Positions 36,378 to 46,815 of a stretch of 64,000 nucleotides of DNA are shown here, one piece after another. The position numbers and the translations under genes were made by a program. Position 1 is the first letter of the stretch. The number at the start of each line of letters is the position of its first letter. Location of the stretch: the sequence record PP456879.1; one strand, written 5' to 3'. The notes beneath the pieces are model-generated. The model worked only from the letters and a program-made list of their open reading frames with translations, searched no databases and was not told where the DNA came from.

Positions 36378-36700
36378 GTTTTTACAATGGACCACCAACG
36401 GAGCCTGGCCCGATCCTAGCGTCATCTACAAAGCTTAACCTCCGCTCTTCTCTGTAGCATACCGGCACTAGTATCATTTACCATCCATTGTAGTTTTTGA
36501 TCACACGTCACCTTTTGAGTAACTCCTTTCGGTTAAGTGATCTATCATCCTCGTGTAGTGATAGGTCGACCTAGACTAAGTCCACTAGTCGATTACTTCA
36601 CGGAACCTACTCCTAACCGTTATCACCGAAGTGAACCAGGGTCGCAGTATTAGAATCGGGATGTTACTTATTTAACATCCCTATCTACCGAGGTATTTCC
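36378..36700 (-). ncRNA. Putative structured RNA / long 3' UTR of chmA
   Basis: No credible ORF; at least 7 inverted repeats including a 9-bp long-range helix; GC-richer than other intergenic DNA. Confidence 0.5.
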
Positions 36701-36702
36701 TA

Positions 36703-38583
36703 TTAGTACCAGGTACCCGGTGCATTATAGGAAGGAGCGCCGTAAGTTTGACCCATGCTGCCAGCCATACCAACTTGTGCACTACCAGAAACAGCCATGT
36801 TACCCATACCGGTGTAACCAGCGAAGCGCTGTTGACCGAAGTTGGTAATTAGGTTTTCCATGGTTACAGTTACACCAGCGGCTGCTGCTGCGGCATCCAT
36901 TGCGGTGATGAATTTCGGGTTAAAGGTTAGACGACGAGCACGACCAGTATAGGTAACGTTACCTAGGTACATCTTGTCGAAGCCTTTACTGTTATTCATA
37001 CGACGCACAATGTGGTCATTACCTACCTGAGTAGCATACCAGGTCTTCCACTCTTGGTCATTACCTTCAGACATGTTCATGGCACCTAGAACGTCAAGAT
37101 CACGACGGTCGCTTAGTTCGCCATGCTCATCAGTGTAGTGACCGAGGTCTACTTCATGATGGTTGTCAAAGATAATCGGACCAGCTTCAGCTAGGTTATA
37201 GAACTGACGGAAATCAGTGCCGTATAGGTTAGTTAGAGCTTGGAAGATCAGGCTAACTGCACGAGCTTGGTTTACGCCACCAGCTGCATCTAGGATGACT
37301 TGCTCAATAGCTGAGTTGTCGCCCATTGGATCGATATCGATCTGGAATGCAGGGTTCTGGTTAACCATCTTGTTCATTAGCATTACGAAGTTGCTGTCGT
37401 CTGCCATGAATGCTTCGGTGCGAGTTTCAATCGCTTTACCTAGCTCTGAGTAATAACCAAGTGCACCAATATCACGCATCTTACTAGTAGCGATCTTCGG
37501 CATTAGAGTACGAGCCCATGCCTGAGATGCAGTTGCACGATACGCGTTACCAAGCGCGAACAGCCACATTTCTAGAGTCCATGCTTGGATCCAGGACGCC
37601 TTACGAACGTCAGTAATAACGATGTAAGGAGTGAACTGCGGAGGTAGAACTGCACCAGGTAGAGTTACGCCAAACATGCCTTGTTGCTGGCCAGTGGTCG
37701 GAGTCCAATGTAGATCTACGAATAGACTAACTTGGTTTAGCTGGCTATCGGTATCATAGAACTCGTTCTCAGGTACGTTGGTTTTCTTACCACGGCTAGT
37801 GGAGATGACCAGGTCAGAACGGATCGGATTACCACAGCTATCTTTAACCGGAATACCATTGTAGTCTAGATTGCAGGTAAGCTGTTCGTTTTCTGCTTTG
37901 ATGTGGGTCGCAATAGAGAACGGAGTCTCATTGTTACGACGCGCAATAGCATCTTCACAGATATTAACGGATTCAACTAGTAGGTTCTTAACAGCTAGTT
38001 CATCTTTGAAGTCGAAGTCAGCATACACTGCACGTGGACCGGCAGATAGTACTTCTAGACCAGGGATGTTGTAACGGTTCCGTAGGAACTCGCCGATCTT
38101 GCTCCAGTATTGAGCAGTGAATACATCACGCGGTAGTACCTTCTCTTCAATGATGTCATCAGTTAGACCATTATTGATTTTGTGGGTACGGGGACGGATG
38201 CGAGTACCAGGTAGGTTATCGAGTACTAGAGTACGAACGAATGCCTTCATGGAACCATTGATATCTTTAGCTAGTTTAACAATGAGTAGACCAGCCATAC
38301 CCACTTGTTGTGCATCGCGATCGAAACGATGGATATCGAAGTCATCAGGTAGGTCCTGATGGCGGATTGCTTCTTCTTTTACTTTAGTGAATACTTGTAG
38401 GGCATCTGCTGAACGAGCATCAGAGCCATCTAGCCGACCAGAGCGACGCATTAGATGGTTAATGCCAGTAGTAGACCCAGGCGCGCCAGTAGGACGTTGA
38501 GCTTGACGCTGTGCAGTGGGTTGCGGAGCCGGAGCGGTAGCTTGAGTTTGAACGGTGCCGATTTCGTTTTCGTTAACAGCCAT
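36703..38583 (-). CDS. chmA: Chimallin, major phage nuclear shell protein (gp54)
   Basis: 626 aa; recognised sequence; disordered Q/P/A N-terminus; directly upstream of nvRNAP beta' gp55; highly expressed codon bias. Confidence 0.9.
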   Translation of the reverse strand: MAVNENEIGTVQTQATAPAPQPTAQRQAQRPTGAPGSTTGINHLMRRSGRLDGSDARSADALQVFTKVKEEAIRHQDLPDDFDIHRFDRDAQQVGMAGLLIVKLAKDINGSMKAFVRTLVLDNLPGTRIRPRTHKINNGLTDDIIEEKVLPRDVFTAQYWSKIGEFLRNRYNIPGLEVLSAGPRAVYADFDFKDELAVKNLLVESVNICEDAIARRNNETPFSIATHIKAENEQLTCNLDYNGIPVKDSCGNPIRSDLVISTSRGKKTNVPENEFYDTDSQLNQVSLFVDLHWTPTTGQQQGMFGVTLPGAVLPPQFTPYIVITDVRKASWIQAWTLEMWLFALGNAYRATASQAWARTLMPKIATSKMRDIGALGYYSELGKAIETRTEAFMADDSNFVMLMNKMVNQNPAFQIDIDPMGDNSAIEQVILDAAGGVNQARAVSLIFQALTNLYGTDFRQFYNLAEAGPIIFDNHHEVDLGHYTDEHGELSDRRDLDVLGAMNMSEGNDQEWKTWYATQVGNDHIVRRMNNSKGFDKMYLGNVTYTGRARRLTFNPKFITAMDAAAAAAGVTVTMENLITNFGQQRFAGYTGMGNMAVSGSAQVGMAGSMGQTYGAPSYNAPGTWY

Positions 38584-38655
38584 TTTAAATACCTTTACGA
38601 TTATGGTTTCTTGATCAAGAAGAACCTAAGTACTTAGTATACTAGATTCAATTTA

Positions 38656-38663
38656 GTAATATA
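38656..38663 (-). promoter_or_regulatory. Early promoter TATATTAC of chmA
   Basis: AAAAAAATTTGAGATTTATATTAC ~70 nt upstream of the start. Confidence 0.75.
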
Positions 38664-38894
38664 AATCTCAAATTTTTTTCATTACAACATAGACGCTATA
38701 ATCTGCTATCAGCAGATCGTAACGAACACTATGTTCACTACATATTATTACAATCTGAGTATTATTTATTTTTCATCTTACAATTTCCATATCTTCTTTT
38801 TTGAGTTTATGGGTATAAAGTTTGAATCCAGAAACTAATTTACGTCAGTCCTGTATTAAATAATAACTATCAGTATTTTTATAAAATGCAGTTA

Positions 38895-39260
38895 TCATTT
38901 ACTTCGCATATACTTACGAACTGTTCCAAAAAGAGAATGATACAGTTTGTATAGTTTACTAACTGGATCAACTTTATTATTATCAGTTGTATCAAATTTA
39001 GCAATAAATGGTGAATGTGCCGAAGCAGATGTTTCATTTACTTTAACTACACTACCAAATCGATATGCGACTAATACCTTTATTAATTCCTCATGGAGTT
39101 TAGTAGCAGTTGCTAATGGATTGGGATCATTAGGATCTATCTTAATCCTACGCTCGACATTGAAAAAGTTTACTACAATTTCTTTGCTAGTCATGTATAC
39201 AGTAAGATCTTTGTTATTACCTAAATATAGTGGCGGATCTTCAACATTATTTTTAGCCAT
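38895..39260 (-). CDS. Hypothetical early protein (gp53-like)
   Basis: 121 aa, SD AGGA, upstream promoter motif. Confidence 0.7.
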   Translation of the reverse strand: MAKNNVEDPPLYLGNNKDLTVYMTSKEIVVNFFNVERRIKIDPNDPNPLATATKLHEELIKVLVAYRFGSVVKVNETSASAHSPFIAKFDTTDNNKVDPVSKLYKLYHSLFGTVRKYMRSK

Positions 39261-39301
39261 TGTATATTCCTATTTGTAATTACTACTGTTGTTACCAAAC
39301 T

Positions 39302-39309
39302 ATGATATA
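39302..39309 (-). promoter_or_regulatory. Early promoter variant TATATCAT
   Basis: AAAAATTAATTGAGATCTATATCAT. Confidence 0.6.
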
Positions 39310-39341
39310 GATCTCAATTAATTTTTAATCGGATAATAACC

Positions 39342-40433
39342 ATGTATAATTTATTTAAGAATGCTCCGTCACGTAAATTGGGGCAGGTGGTTGATCCTAA
39401 CATCCATTATATCCGACGAATCTACGCTGAGCAAATTAGGGACGTTAAAAGTTATTATAGACGGGCACCGAAGTATGTTGAATCTAAAAACATATTAGCA
39501 CAAATGATTCGACATTTTAACGTAGAGTTACTAAGTGATGATGCTACTTTTATAAAGAACGTGGACGATCGTTCACGTGCTATTATTCGTTCATTTGGTA
39601 TTACATCATCTTTAAATAAAGGTAAGGTTCATGTAGGTGGTGTTACACTTGGTCCTCAAACTGAAGAAGTTCTAGTATCCACATCAGAGAGCTTTGATCT
39701 AAAAGATCTAAATAAAACATGGTATAAACTTTCCCCTGTTACGTATCTGTATCATACACGTACTGATACTAATTTACCTATCATGAACAATACCACACAG
39801 GGTAGAGGCTATGGTGTAACTCTAGTAAATATACCAATGCTTCTTGTGATGTACCGTTACTGGTATCGATGGCAAGTTGAGAAGAATCCTGATGAAGTAG
39901 AAGACACTTATAGGTTTATAGGATCATTTGTATTGCCAAATATGGTTGACTCTTATTTAGATATTTCTTTCTTTAATAGGTTAGCAAGGAATGCTTTAGA
40001 TATTAAAAATCCAACATTCCCTATACCGCATCCATTTTACATCACTGATATGAATCCACGTATTGATAAACTATGTACAACTATCAATAGAGAATCCATA
40101 TTAAAAGGTGTAGACATGGAAGGTTTATCATGGATAACACCAGCTATCGTACAATCTAATTTGTTCGATATGATGCGGCTCCCACGAGAACCTATTAACA
40201 GGAATAATGAATGGGCTTATGTATTGGCTCGCACACCCTTCATTAAGTATCTTGTAGGGCAGCTTTTAAAGAATACTGGTTATGATCAATCTTCTGTTAA
40301 CACTGTATTAATTGATCTTATAGAAGCATCTAATGATCAAGCATTTAAGCAACAAGCAAATAGTGAGTTTGTAAAAGCTCAACAGGCACAAGTTGATTGG
40401 ATGATAGATGCACTTAAAAGAAAAGAAATGTGA
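39342..40433 (+). CDS. Conserved virion structural protein (gp52-like)
   Basis: 363-aa + strand ORF between chmA and DNA polymerase; synteny. Confidence 0.7.
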   Translation: MYNLFKNAPSRKLGQVVDPNIHYIRRIYAEQIRDVKSYYRRAPKYVESKNILAQMIRHFNVELLSDDATFIKNVDDRSRAIIRSFGITSSLNKGKVHVGGVTLGPQTEEVLVSTSESFDLKDLNKTWYKLSPVTYLYHTRTDTNLPIMNNTTQGRGYGVTLVNIPMLLVMYRYWYRWQVEKNPDEVEDTYRFIGSFVLPNMVDSYLDISFFNRLARNALDIKNPTFPIPHPFYITDMNPRIDKLCTTINRESILKGVDMEGLSWITPAIVQSNLFDMMRLPREPINRNNEWAYVLARTPFIKYLVGQLLKNTGYDQSSVNTVLIDLIEASNDQAFKQQANSEFVKAQQAQVDWMIDALKRKEM

Positions 40434-40468
40434 CATAAACCCCCTCCTAAATTGGAGGGGGTTATATG
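40432..40468. terminator. Bidirectional terminator
   Basis: cataaaCCCCCTCC-taaatt-GGAGGGGGttatatg between convergent genes. Confidence 0.8.
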
Positions 40469-40476
40469 CCGTTTTA

Positions 40477-41199
40477 TTAGAAATTACCTTTCTTCATTTT
40501 AGAAAGTAATTTTCTACGTTCAGCTCGGTTAATTCCTGGGATAGCTGGTAATAGCATTTTATTACTAAACTTACCTGGCTTGCGGTCATGATTTAGTAAT
40601 TGATCAACTACAGCTTGGTCACTGCTTTTAACTCCATTATCCATTTCATCTAATGGGTCCATAATAGCTTTAGCAGTCAATCTTAGATGAGTAACTAGTT
40701 CATCAAATGAACTATCGGTATTAATAAGTTGTTTATCAACACCTTCTTTAAGAGCTTGTTTAATAGTTACGTCTTTTACCAGGATATTATCACATTCCCA
40801 AAGAGTTGTATGATGGGTATTTAACATTAATTCAAGTGAGACATTATTGTAATCGTTGTCAGCACTTGAGTGCCAATTGAATTCATCAATATAGTCATTT
40901 AGACTCATTAACTTTGGTGGTTCGTTACTAGAGGTAATTAAACCAATTGGTTGAACATCATCTAGTGAACTTTTATCACTAGTAATTGCAGTTGTTTCAG
41001 TAGTAACATCAACTTCTTTTAATTCGTTGGTATAAGTTACATATACTAATTCTTCACTACCGTCATCCAAAAGAACATAGGCTGTTGCTTTGGTGGAATC
41101 ATCAGGTGCTAATCCATGGATCCTAATACGATTATCATTTACTAATTTACTATAATCATTCCAGGTAATTACGCGGACTTCTTTATTCTCTTTCATCAT
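40477..41199 (-). CDS. Hypothetical protein
   Basis: 240 aa, SD GAGG. Confidence 0.75.
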   Translation of the reverse strand: MMKENKEVRVITWNDYSKLVNDNRIRIHGLAPDDSTKATAYVLLDDGSEELVYVTYTNELKEVDVTTETTAITSDKSSLDDVQPIGLITSSNEPPKLMSLNDYIDEFNWHSSADNDYNNVSLELMLNTHHTTLWECDNILVKDVTIKQALKEGVDKQLINTDSSFDELVTHLRLTAKAIMDPLDEMDNGVKSSDQAVVDQLLNHDRKPGKFSNKMLLPAIPGINRAERRKLLSKMKKGNF

Positions 41200-41359
41200 T
41201 AGTTACCTCTTTTAATTTGTCTTTAATATAACTTCGGATAAATGCTCGTTTTTCTTCACGAGTTAACCCAGGTGGAGCGGTTGGTAATGTGATAGTACCA
41301 CTGTTAATTGCCTTCTTCATCCGATCTAAGTCAAAATTAAATTCGGTATGATTTGTCAT
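41183..41359 (-). CDS. Small hypothetical protein
   Basis: 58 aa from ATG 41359 (FDLDRMKKAINSG...GLTREEKR). Confidence 0.6.
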   Translation of the reverse strand: MTNHTEFNFDLDRMKKAINSGTITLPTAPPGLTREEKRAFIRSYIKDKLKEVTNDERE

Positions 41360-41426
41360 TATATTGAACCATATTAAGTTAGTAATTGGCAATCAGACTA
41401 TATAAATCTTAATTATTTTTTAGTAT

Positions 41427-41456
41427 ATAAGCCTCCCACTAGGGGAGGCTATATTT
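41427..41456 (-). terminator. Terminator after DNA polymerase subunit
   Basis: tataAGCCTCCC-acta-GGGGAGGCTata (imperfect). Confidence 0.7.
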
Positions 41457-41457
41457 C

Positions 41458-43653
41458 TTAATAGAAGTCAGAGATGAGTCGATCGTTATTTTTATCAATA
41501 AGGAAAATACCTAGGGACTCTAAGGTTAGATAGAATACACCCATAGTGTTTCCAATGATTGTTCTAACGTCAGCAACACGCGTAATAACTTCTGGAATAC
41601 GACCAGTTTCTACTACTGTACTAGGAATATGGAAATCACCAATACTGGTTTTATTTTCTTCAGTAACCCATGCTTGAATACGAGCAGCTAATTTCTTATC
41701 TTCGATACCATCAATCCATTCTTTGATCGCAGTTTTATTATTAAGAGTAACTGAGATCTTTACATGTGAATAAGGTGGATCACCAGCTTCACCAAATGAC
41801 GGAGCAAATACAGTCTTCCACACCAATCCCTTTTTATGAGTTGAGTTATCTTCAGATTTATAAGATTCAGGTCGTTTAGTTTGACCACTTGTAAGATACT
41901 CGGCTTTACCACTTCTAACAGACTCAATAATTTCTCTTTCGATATTACCGGCTTCTTTTAGAATTGAAGCTAAGTCGATTTTCTCTTCAGCCTTTACCGT
42001 CTTAATAATATCTTCCATGAGTTTTTTAGCACGACTATTAATCTTCTTAGGTACTTTACTATCCCTTAGCCCCACGCCTTTAATCTCCATCCGAGATTCA
42101 TTAAACATCACCCCTTCTTGGGCATCCTGTGATGCAAAGTAATGTTTAGAACGAGTAGTTAAGGCCAGTACTGCGAAATAAAATTCGTTCTTCATTGCAA
42201 ATAGACGAAGCTTATCTTTAGATACACCCATATTAGCGGATTGAATCGCTAAGATATGCATAACTACTTCAGATACTAGAAACACTAGTGCAAATACTAG
42301 TCGTTTAGCTTCACTGCTAAAAGTTACTTTACCAAAGAATTCCTCAACCCACCATTGTAATGTAAACATAGTGGAGTCAGTATCTGAAATAACAGCAGCT
42401 CGCCTATATACCGTTGGAAAAGCATGAATACTTGATGGTACACATTTAGTCAAGAAGAAAGCTTCAATCAATAGACGATATTCATTAAGAGTTTCAGCGA
42501 TATTTCGACCAGTTGCAAAAATTTGATTCAGTGTATCTGGATCAGATTCTTTTAGTTTAGCTTTAGATCGACCTTTAACAGTATCAAAGCAAATAAAGCT
42601 AGCCAAAAGATCCATATCACCATCATAAGTTGAATATTCTTCTTCAGTGATGATTTGTTCTTTTGTTCCAACCTGGCTTAATTTAATTAGAAAGCTCTTG
42701 ATTAATTCTTTATTGTATTTATATAAGTGATATAGATCACCTACATACATAACTGCTGCTCGTTCGACTGGTGTCATCCCAGTAGCTAGTTTTAAAATCT
42801 GTGCCGTGTAATACTTATTTTGCCAATAGTGTTTAGTTGAATAAAGAACCATATCAACTACTTCTTCTGGCGTTGGGCAATGTAGATTAAAATTAGTTAC
42901 TGCTTTTTGAATTAACTCCATATCAGCTACATTAATAATATTTACTAAATTAGCTTTTGTGATTTCCGGAGTATAATAATGCCTATTACCCATAATGAAT
43001 TTTTCATTATTTGAGTTAGCATAAGAGGTACCAGTTCTACAAGTAGATGTTAAACTAGAGTGTGTGGACTTATAATAAAGAATAGTGGCAGCAGATACCG
43101 TACCTCCTGAATATGAGTTATTGTTAATTTTGAAGTTTTCTTGTTCACCTTTACGTACTTGTGCAAGTTCTGTTTTAATTTGTGAATTCTCTTTATCGCC
43201 GGCCTGTAGGAAAGCAGCTGCTTCACGTTCAGCCTGCATCTGCTCACCTTTAACACGCTTACGGTTTTTCACACCTTCAGCAATATAGATGGAGTGCGTC
43301 GACTGTCTAACAGACTCTGGTAAATATGCGGTCATTGATGGAGATAATAATAGATTCTGTTTCTTAACACGGTTAAGGAAAGCCATAAATGAAACAGTCT
43401 TTAATTCCCTATCACCAAACTTATTTTTATCTAGGATAGTTGCTACTGGGTTACGAAGTGCATATTCGCCATTTTGACGTAATTGTTCTTTAACAAATTC
43501 TTTACATTCTTCTAAACTAATATTTAATTCATCTTTTGTCATTAATTGAAGATATTTGGCATTATCATCAAGACATGCATTAATGATATCAATATCACGA
43601 TGGTAATCATTGACATCTTTTAAAAACGGATTTGGTTGGGCAAATGCGGTCAT
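41458..43653 (-). CDS. Split family-B DNA polymerase, C-terminal subunit (motifs B and C; gp50-like)
   Basis: KINNNSYSG (motif B), ISDTDS (motif C), SKHY and IKGV motifs. Confidence 0.88.
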   Translation of the reverse strand: MTAFAQPNPFLKDVNDYHRDIDIINACLDDNAKYLQLMTKDELNISLEECKEFVKEQLRQNGEYALRNPVATILDKNKFGDRELKTVSFMAFLNRVKKQNLLLSPSMTAYLPESVRQSTHSIYIAEGVKNRKRVKGEQMQAEREAAAFLQAGDKENSQIKTELAQVRKGEQENFKINNNSYSGGTVSAATILYYKSTHSSLTSTCRTGTSYANSNNEKFIMGNRHYYTPEITKANLVNIINVADMELIQKAVTNFNLHCPTPEEVVDMVLYSTKHYWQNKYYTAQILKLATGMTPVERAAVMYVGDLYHLYKYNKELIKSFLIKLSQVGTKEQIITEEEYSTYDGDMDLLASFICFDTVKGRSKAKLKESDPDTLNQIFATGRNIAETLNEYRLLIEAFFLTKCVPSSIHAFPTVYRRAAVISDTDSTMFTLQWWVEEFFGKVTFSSEAKRLVFALVFLVSEVVMHILAIQSANMGVSKDKLRLFAMKNEFYFAVLALTTRSKHYFASQDAQEGVMFNESRMEIKGVGLRDSKVPKKINSRAKKLMEDIIKTVKAEEKIDLASILKEAGNIEREIIESVRSGKAEYLTSGQTKRPESYKSEDNSTHKKGLVWKTVFAPSFGEAGDPPYSHVKISVTLNNKTAIKEWIDGIEDKKLAARIQAWVTEENKTSIGDFHIPSTVVETGRIPEVITRVADVRTIIGNTMGVFYLTLESLGIFLIDKNNDRLISDFY

Positions 43654-43825
43654 TTCACATATCTCTCAGTATACTTATTTTTAATTATAGTGAATGATTT
43701 CTCTCTCTTTAACTAAAAAAGAAAAGGAAAGAATGGGTACCCTATACGGGCACCCTAAATTGAGAGGTAGCACATCAACTTACATTCACATTAGATGATG
43801 TAAGCAAGTAAAAATAATACAACAT

Positions 43826-43850
43826 AAAAGGAGCCATTATGGCTCCTTTA
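43826..43850 (-). terminator. Terminator
   Basis: AAGGAGCC-atta-TGGCTCCTT-like hairpin. Confidence 0.65.
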
Positions 43851-43853
43851 TAG

Positions 43854-44279
<426 letters not shown>

Positions 44280-44304
44280 CTAAAATAGTTGGTTACATAG
44301 GGTA

Positions 44305-44688
44305 TTACTCATCTAGTAATACAACTACACCAAACAGACCTTTTGTATCCATTGGCACTGTAATTAATACATGTCCATTTGGATATTTTTCTTTAAAGCT
44401 ATTGATAAAGTCGGTACAATATTCAATAACATATCCTTTAGTAGAATAATTCTCTAACTCAATATCTTCGTCAGGATCATCAAATGAGTCATGTCCATAC
44501 ATCAGCATATGGATATATATGTCATTATTAAGCGTATCCATATAACTTAACTTACGTGATTCTTCAAATAAATCAAGTGGTGTTGGACAATCTGGATATA
44601 TCATTCGTTTTGTATATTCACGAAGCAAATGTTGCGAATATATTTCTGACTCTTTAGATTTAAATACGATAAATACTCGTTTTTCCAT
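44305..44688 (-). CDS. Hypothetical protein
   Basis: 127 aa, SD AGGA. Confidence 0.7.
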   Translation of the reverse strand: MEKRVFIVFKSKESEIYSQHLLREYTKRMIYPDCPTPLDLFEESRKLSYMDTLNNDIYIHMLMYGHDSFDDPDEDIELENYSTKGYVIEYCTDFINSFKEKYPNGHVLITVPMDTKGLFGVVVLLDE

Positions 44689-44760
44689 ATCGGTTCCTAG
44701 TAGGAAGCCTATGTGAACCGATAGGCTTTCCTATTTACGTCAATTGTTAATATGTGTCAC

Positions 44761-45297
44761 TTAATCCACATCATTGTAGCAGTCCATACCAAAGTCTTCA
44801 CCTTCTAGAATATAACCTTGATTATGTTGATCAACTGCTATTGATTGGATTCTTTCTACACCATATCCATTCTGATAAAGATACGCTATTTCAGATTGTA
44901 GTTTACTAGCCAGTGTTTTACACACAGCTGCAAACCACATATTAAGAATACTCAATGCATATTTATCTTGCATAATCACAGGTGCTACCGATGGAAAGTA
45001 TTCTTGTAAATAATAGTCAACCCCTATAATTGGTTGAGTAGGCTGTTGCGCTAGAAATTCAATATATGAATTAATTGCCTGATACCATAATTGTTCTATA
45101 GACTGGTGTTCAGTATATGGGTAAGGGGTATTGTAAGATTTATTGACAACTACATCAGCCATTTTATTAACAATGGGCCAGATATCACTGATGTTAATAA
45201 CTACGAAACTCGTCATTCCTTGTTGACCTGGAGTTATGTTATTAGCATCATTTATCCGCTGCATTTCTTGTTGTCTATAAAGAAGTGGATGCATCAT
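44761..45297 (-). CDS. Hypothetical protein
   Basis: 178 aa, ATGA overlap with the upstream gene. Confidence 0.75.
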   Translation of the reverse strand: MMHPLLYRQQEMQRINDANNITPGQQGMTSFVVINISDIWPIVNKMADVVVNKSYNTPYPYTEHQSIEQLWYQAINSYIEFLAQQPTQPIIGVDYYLQEYFPSVAPVIMQDKYALSILNMWFAAVCKTLASKLQSEIAYLYQNGYGVERIQSIAVDQHNQGYILEGEDFGMDCYNDVD

Positions 45298-45728
45298 GTT
45301 TGAGACCTCATAACTAATTTAGTTACCATCTTATATTTATCTACTTCTATACATTTAAGACTAGTAATAAGATTACCTGCTTGAATAACTTGTTTTTGGA
45401 TTATCTCTAAGAAATCAGTTCCAAATAAATCCAATACCCTTTCGATAATCTCAGCAGATCTTAAGTGCCAATTGATAGTATTAGGATTTCCCTGATGATC
45501 AAATACCATCATGCTCATCGGTCTATCTGGTTCTATATAGGTATCGCTTAAGTAATCTTCTAACCATTGCTCTAAAAAGGTAGGCCAATCTAATCTCTGC
45601 CAGTGGTTAAAGTATTCTACATATGCTGCTAGAAGTCTATTGATACACCACAGTACAAAGTCAGTCGGTTCATCTACACCTAGCTCTTCCGTAAAAGAAC
45701 GCGGTTTCAAAATTAGCAACAATTGCAT
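45294..45728 (-). CDS. Hypothetical protein
   Basis: 144 aa, SD GGAG. Confidence 0.75.
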   Translation of the reverse strand: MQLLLILKPRSFTEELGVDEPTDFVLWCINRLLAAYVEYFNHWQRLDWPTFLEQWLEDYLSDTYIEPDRPMSMMVFDHQGNPNTINWHLRSAEIIERVLDLFGTDFLEIIQKQVIQAGNLITSLKCIEVDKYKMVTKLVMRSQT

Positions 45729-46185
45729 ATTGACTCCACTCTTTACCAGTGACTATAGTTAATAGAACAACTTTGTTATCTATTACACTAATGAACTTAT
45801 AGTCTATTAAATTCTTCGGTGTTCTATGTAGTAATTGGATTCCAGTTGTATAGAACAAATTAATGAACTCATCCCAATCTGGACCATTTCCTAGTTGTAT
45901 TGATATATCCACAAAAGGAATAACCGTATTATCCTGTTGTAATTTAGACATCATCTTAACAACCCATTGAGTTAATAAGACGATGACTGTAGCTTCATCT
46001 TTATTTGTTAGGTAAGTAAATTTCTTTATCAATGTGATTAATTGTGGGAATACCACTTCGATTGGCAATACATATACCAGACGTTGTACTTCCTCCGATG
46101 TACAATCCATCTCGTGCTTCTGTTTCATACCACAGTTCCTTAGTATTTGTTGGAATGAGGTGCATGATCTGCTCAGCACCCTCAT
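45670..46185 (-). CDS. Hypothetical protein (true start probably MDCTSEE, ~46110)
   Basis: Long open frame overlapping both neighbours. Confidence 0.6.
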   Translation of the reverse strand: MRVLSRSCTSFQQILRNCGMKQKHEMDCTSEEVQRLVYVLPIEVVFPQLITLIKKFTYLTNKDEATVIVLLTQWVVKMMSKLQQDNTVIPFVDISIQLGNGPDWDEFINLFYTTGIQLLHRTPKNLIDYKFISVIDNKVVLLTIVTGKEWSQYAIVANFETAFFYGRARCR

Positions 46186-46453
46186 CGAGAAGTTCTATTA
46201 GTTTATACATGAAATGAATGTCTTTAGCATATTCATAGAACATTTCTTCTTTAACGACCATTTGCATAAGCTTCTGTTCTGCCAATGCAACAAGCAAATG
46301 CATTGCTTCGATATAACTAATATCTAAAAAGTCCAATACAAATCTTAGATAGTTATCATCTTTAATAAGTTTACTTTTAGTCGCTCTTAGTAAAAAACGA
46401 GGTTGTGGTGTGGGTAATGGTGACGTATAGATCTTCTGGTTTCTCAGTATCAT
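46001..46453 (-). CDS. Hypothetical protein
   Basis: Open frame in the tandem array; start uncertain. Confidence 0.6.
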   Translation of the reverse strand: MILRNQKIYTSPLPTPQPRFLLRATKSKLIKDDNYLRFVLDFLDISYIEAMHLLVALAEQKLMQMVVKEEMFYEYAKDIHFMYKLIELLDEGAEQIMHLIPTNTKELWYETEARDGLYIGGSTTSGICIANRSGIPTINHIDKEIYLPNK

Positions 46454-46766
46454 AAATAACCCTATTTAACTGGATGTTACCAGCTGATGGTAGAACTACC
46501 CGGTTAGAACAATTATACAGATAAGTTGTTAAATTAATATCACAAATATCCCTATAACCCAGCATCTGATTAATTAGTTCTATGACATCATTAGATGTGC
46601 TACCCGATGCCCTCTCAGACGCTGCTGCCAATACAATTGTTAATGCATATTCTGCACCAATACTATTTTTTATAGATTTCCAAATATCAGAATGTTGATC
46701 TTGTACAAAAGATCTTACTTCCATTCTGATACACATTGATGTGTCTTTATCATTAGATATGTTCAT
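46377..46766 (-). CDS. Hypothetical protein
   Basis: 129 aa downstream of a hairpin. Confidence 0.65.
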   Translation of the reverse strand: MNISNDKDTSMCIRMEVRSFVQDQHSDIWKSIKNSIGAEYALTIVLAAASERASGSTSNDVIELINQMLGYRDICDINLTTYLYNCSNRVVLPSAGNIQLNRVIYDTEKPEDLYVTITHTTTSFFTKSD

Positions 46767-46815
46767 TATAAAAACCTTATAATCGGTATAAAGCCCCCCA
46801 TAAGGAGGGCTTTAT

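Noticed and set aside
36378-36700. tRNA, tmRNA or small ORF downstream of chmA
   Set aside because: No cloverleaf or CCA end recognised; the only candidate is a 29-codon GTG ORF with poor SD spacing buried in helices
41458-43653. Inteins in polymerase, helicase or RNAP genes
   Set aside because: No C/S...HN-C/S/T splice motifs or LAGLIDADG insertions noticed; lengths match uninterrupted proteins
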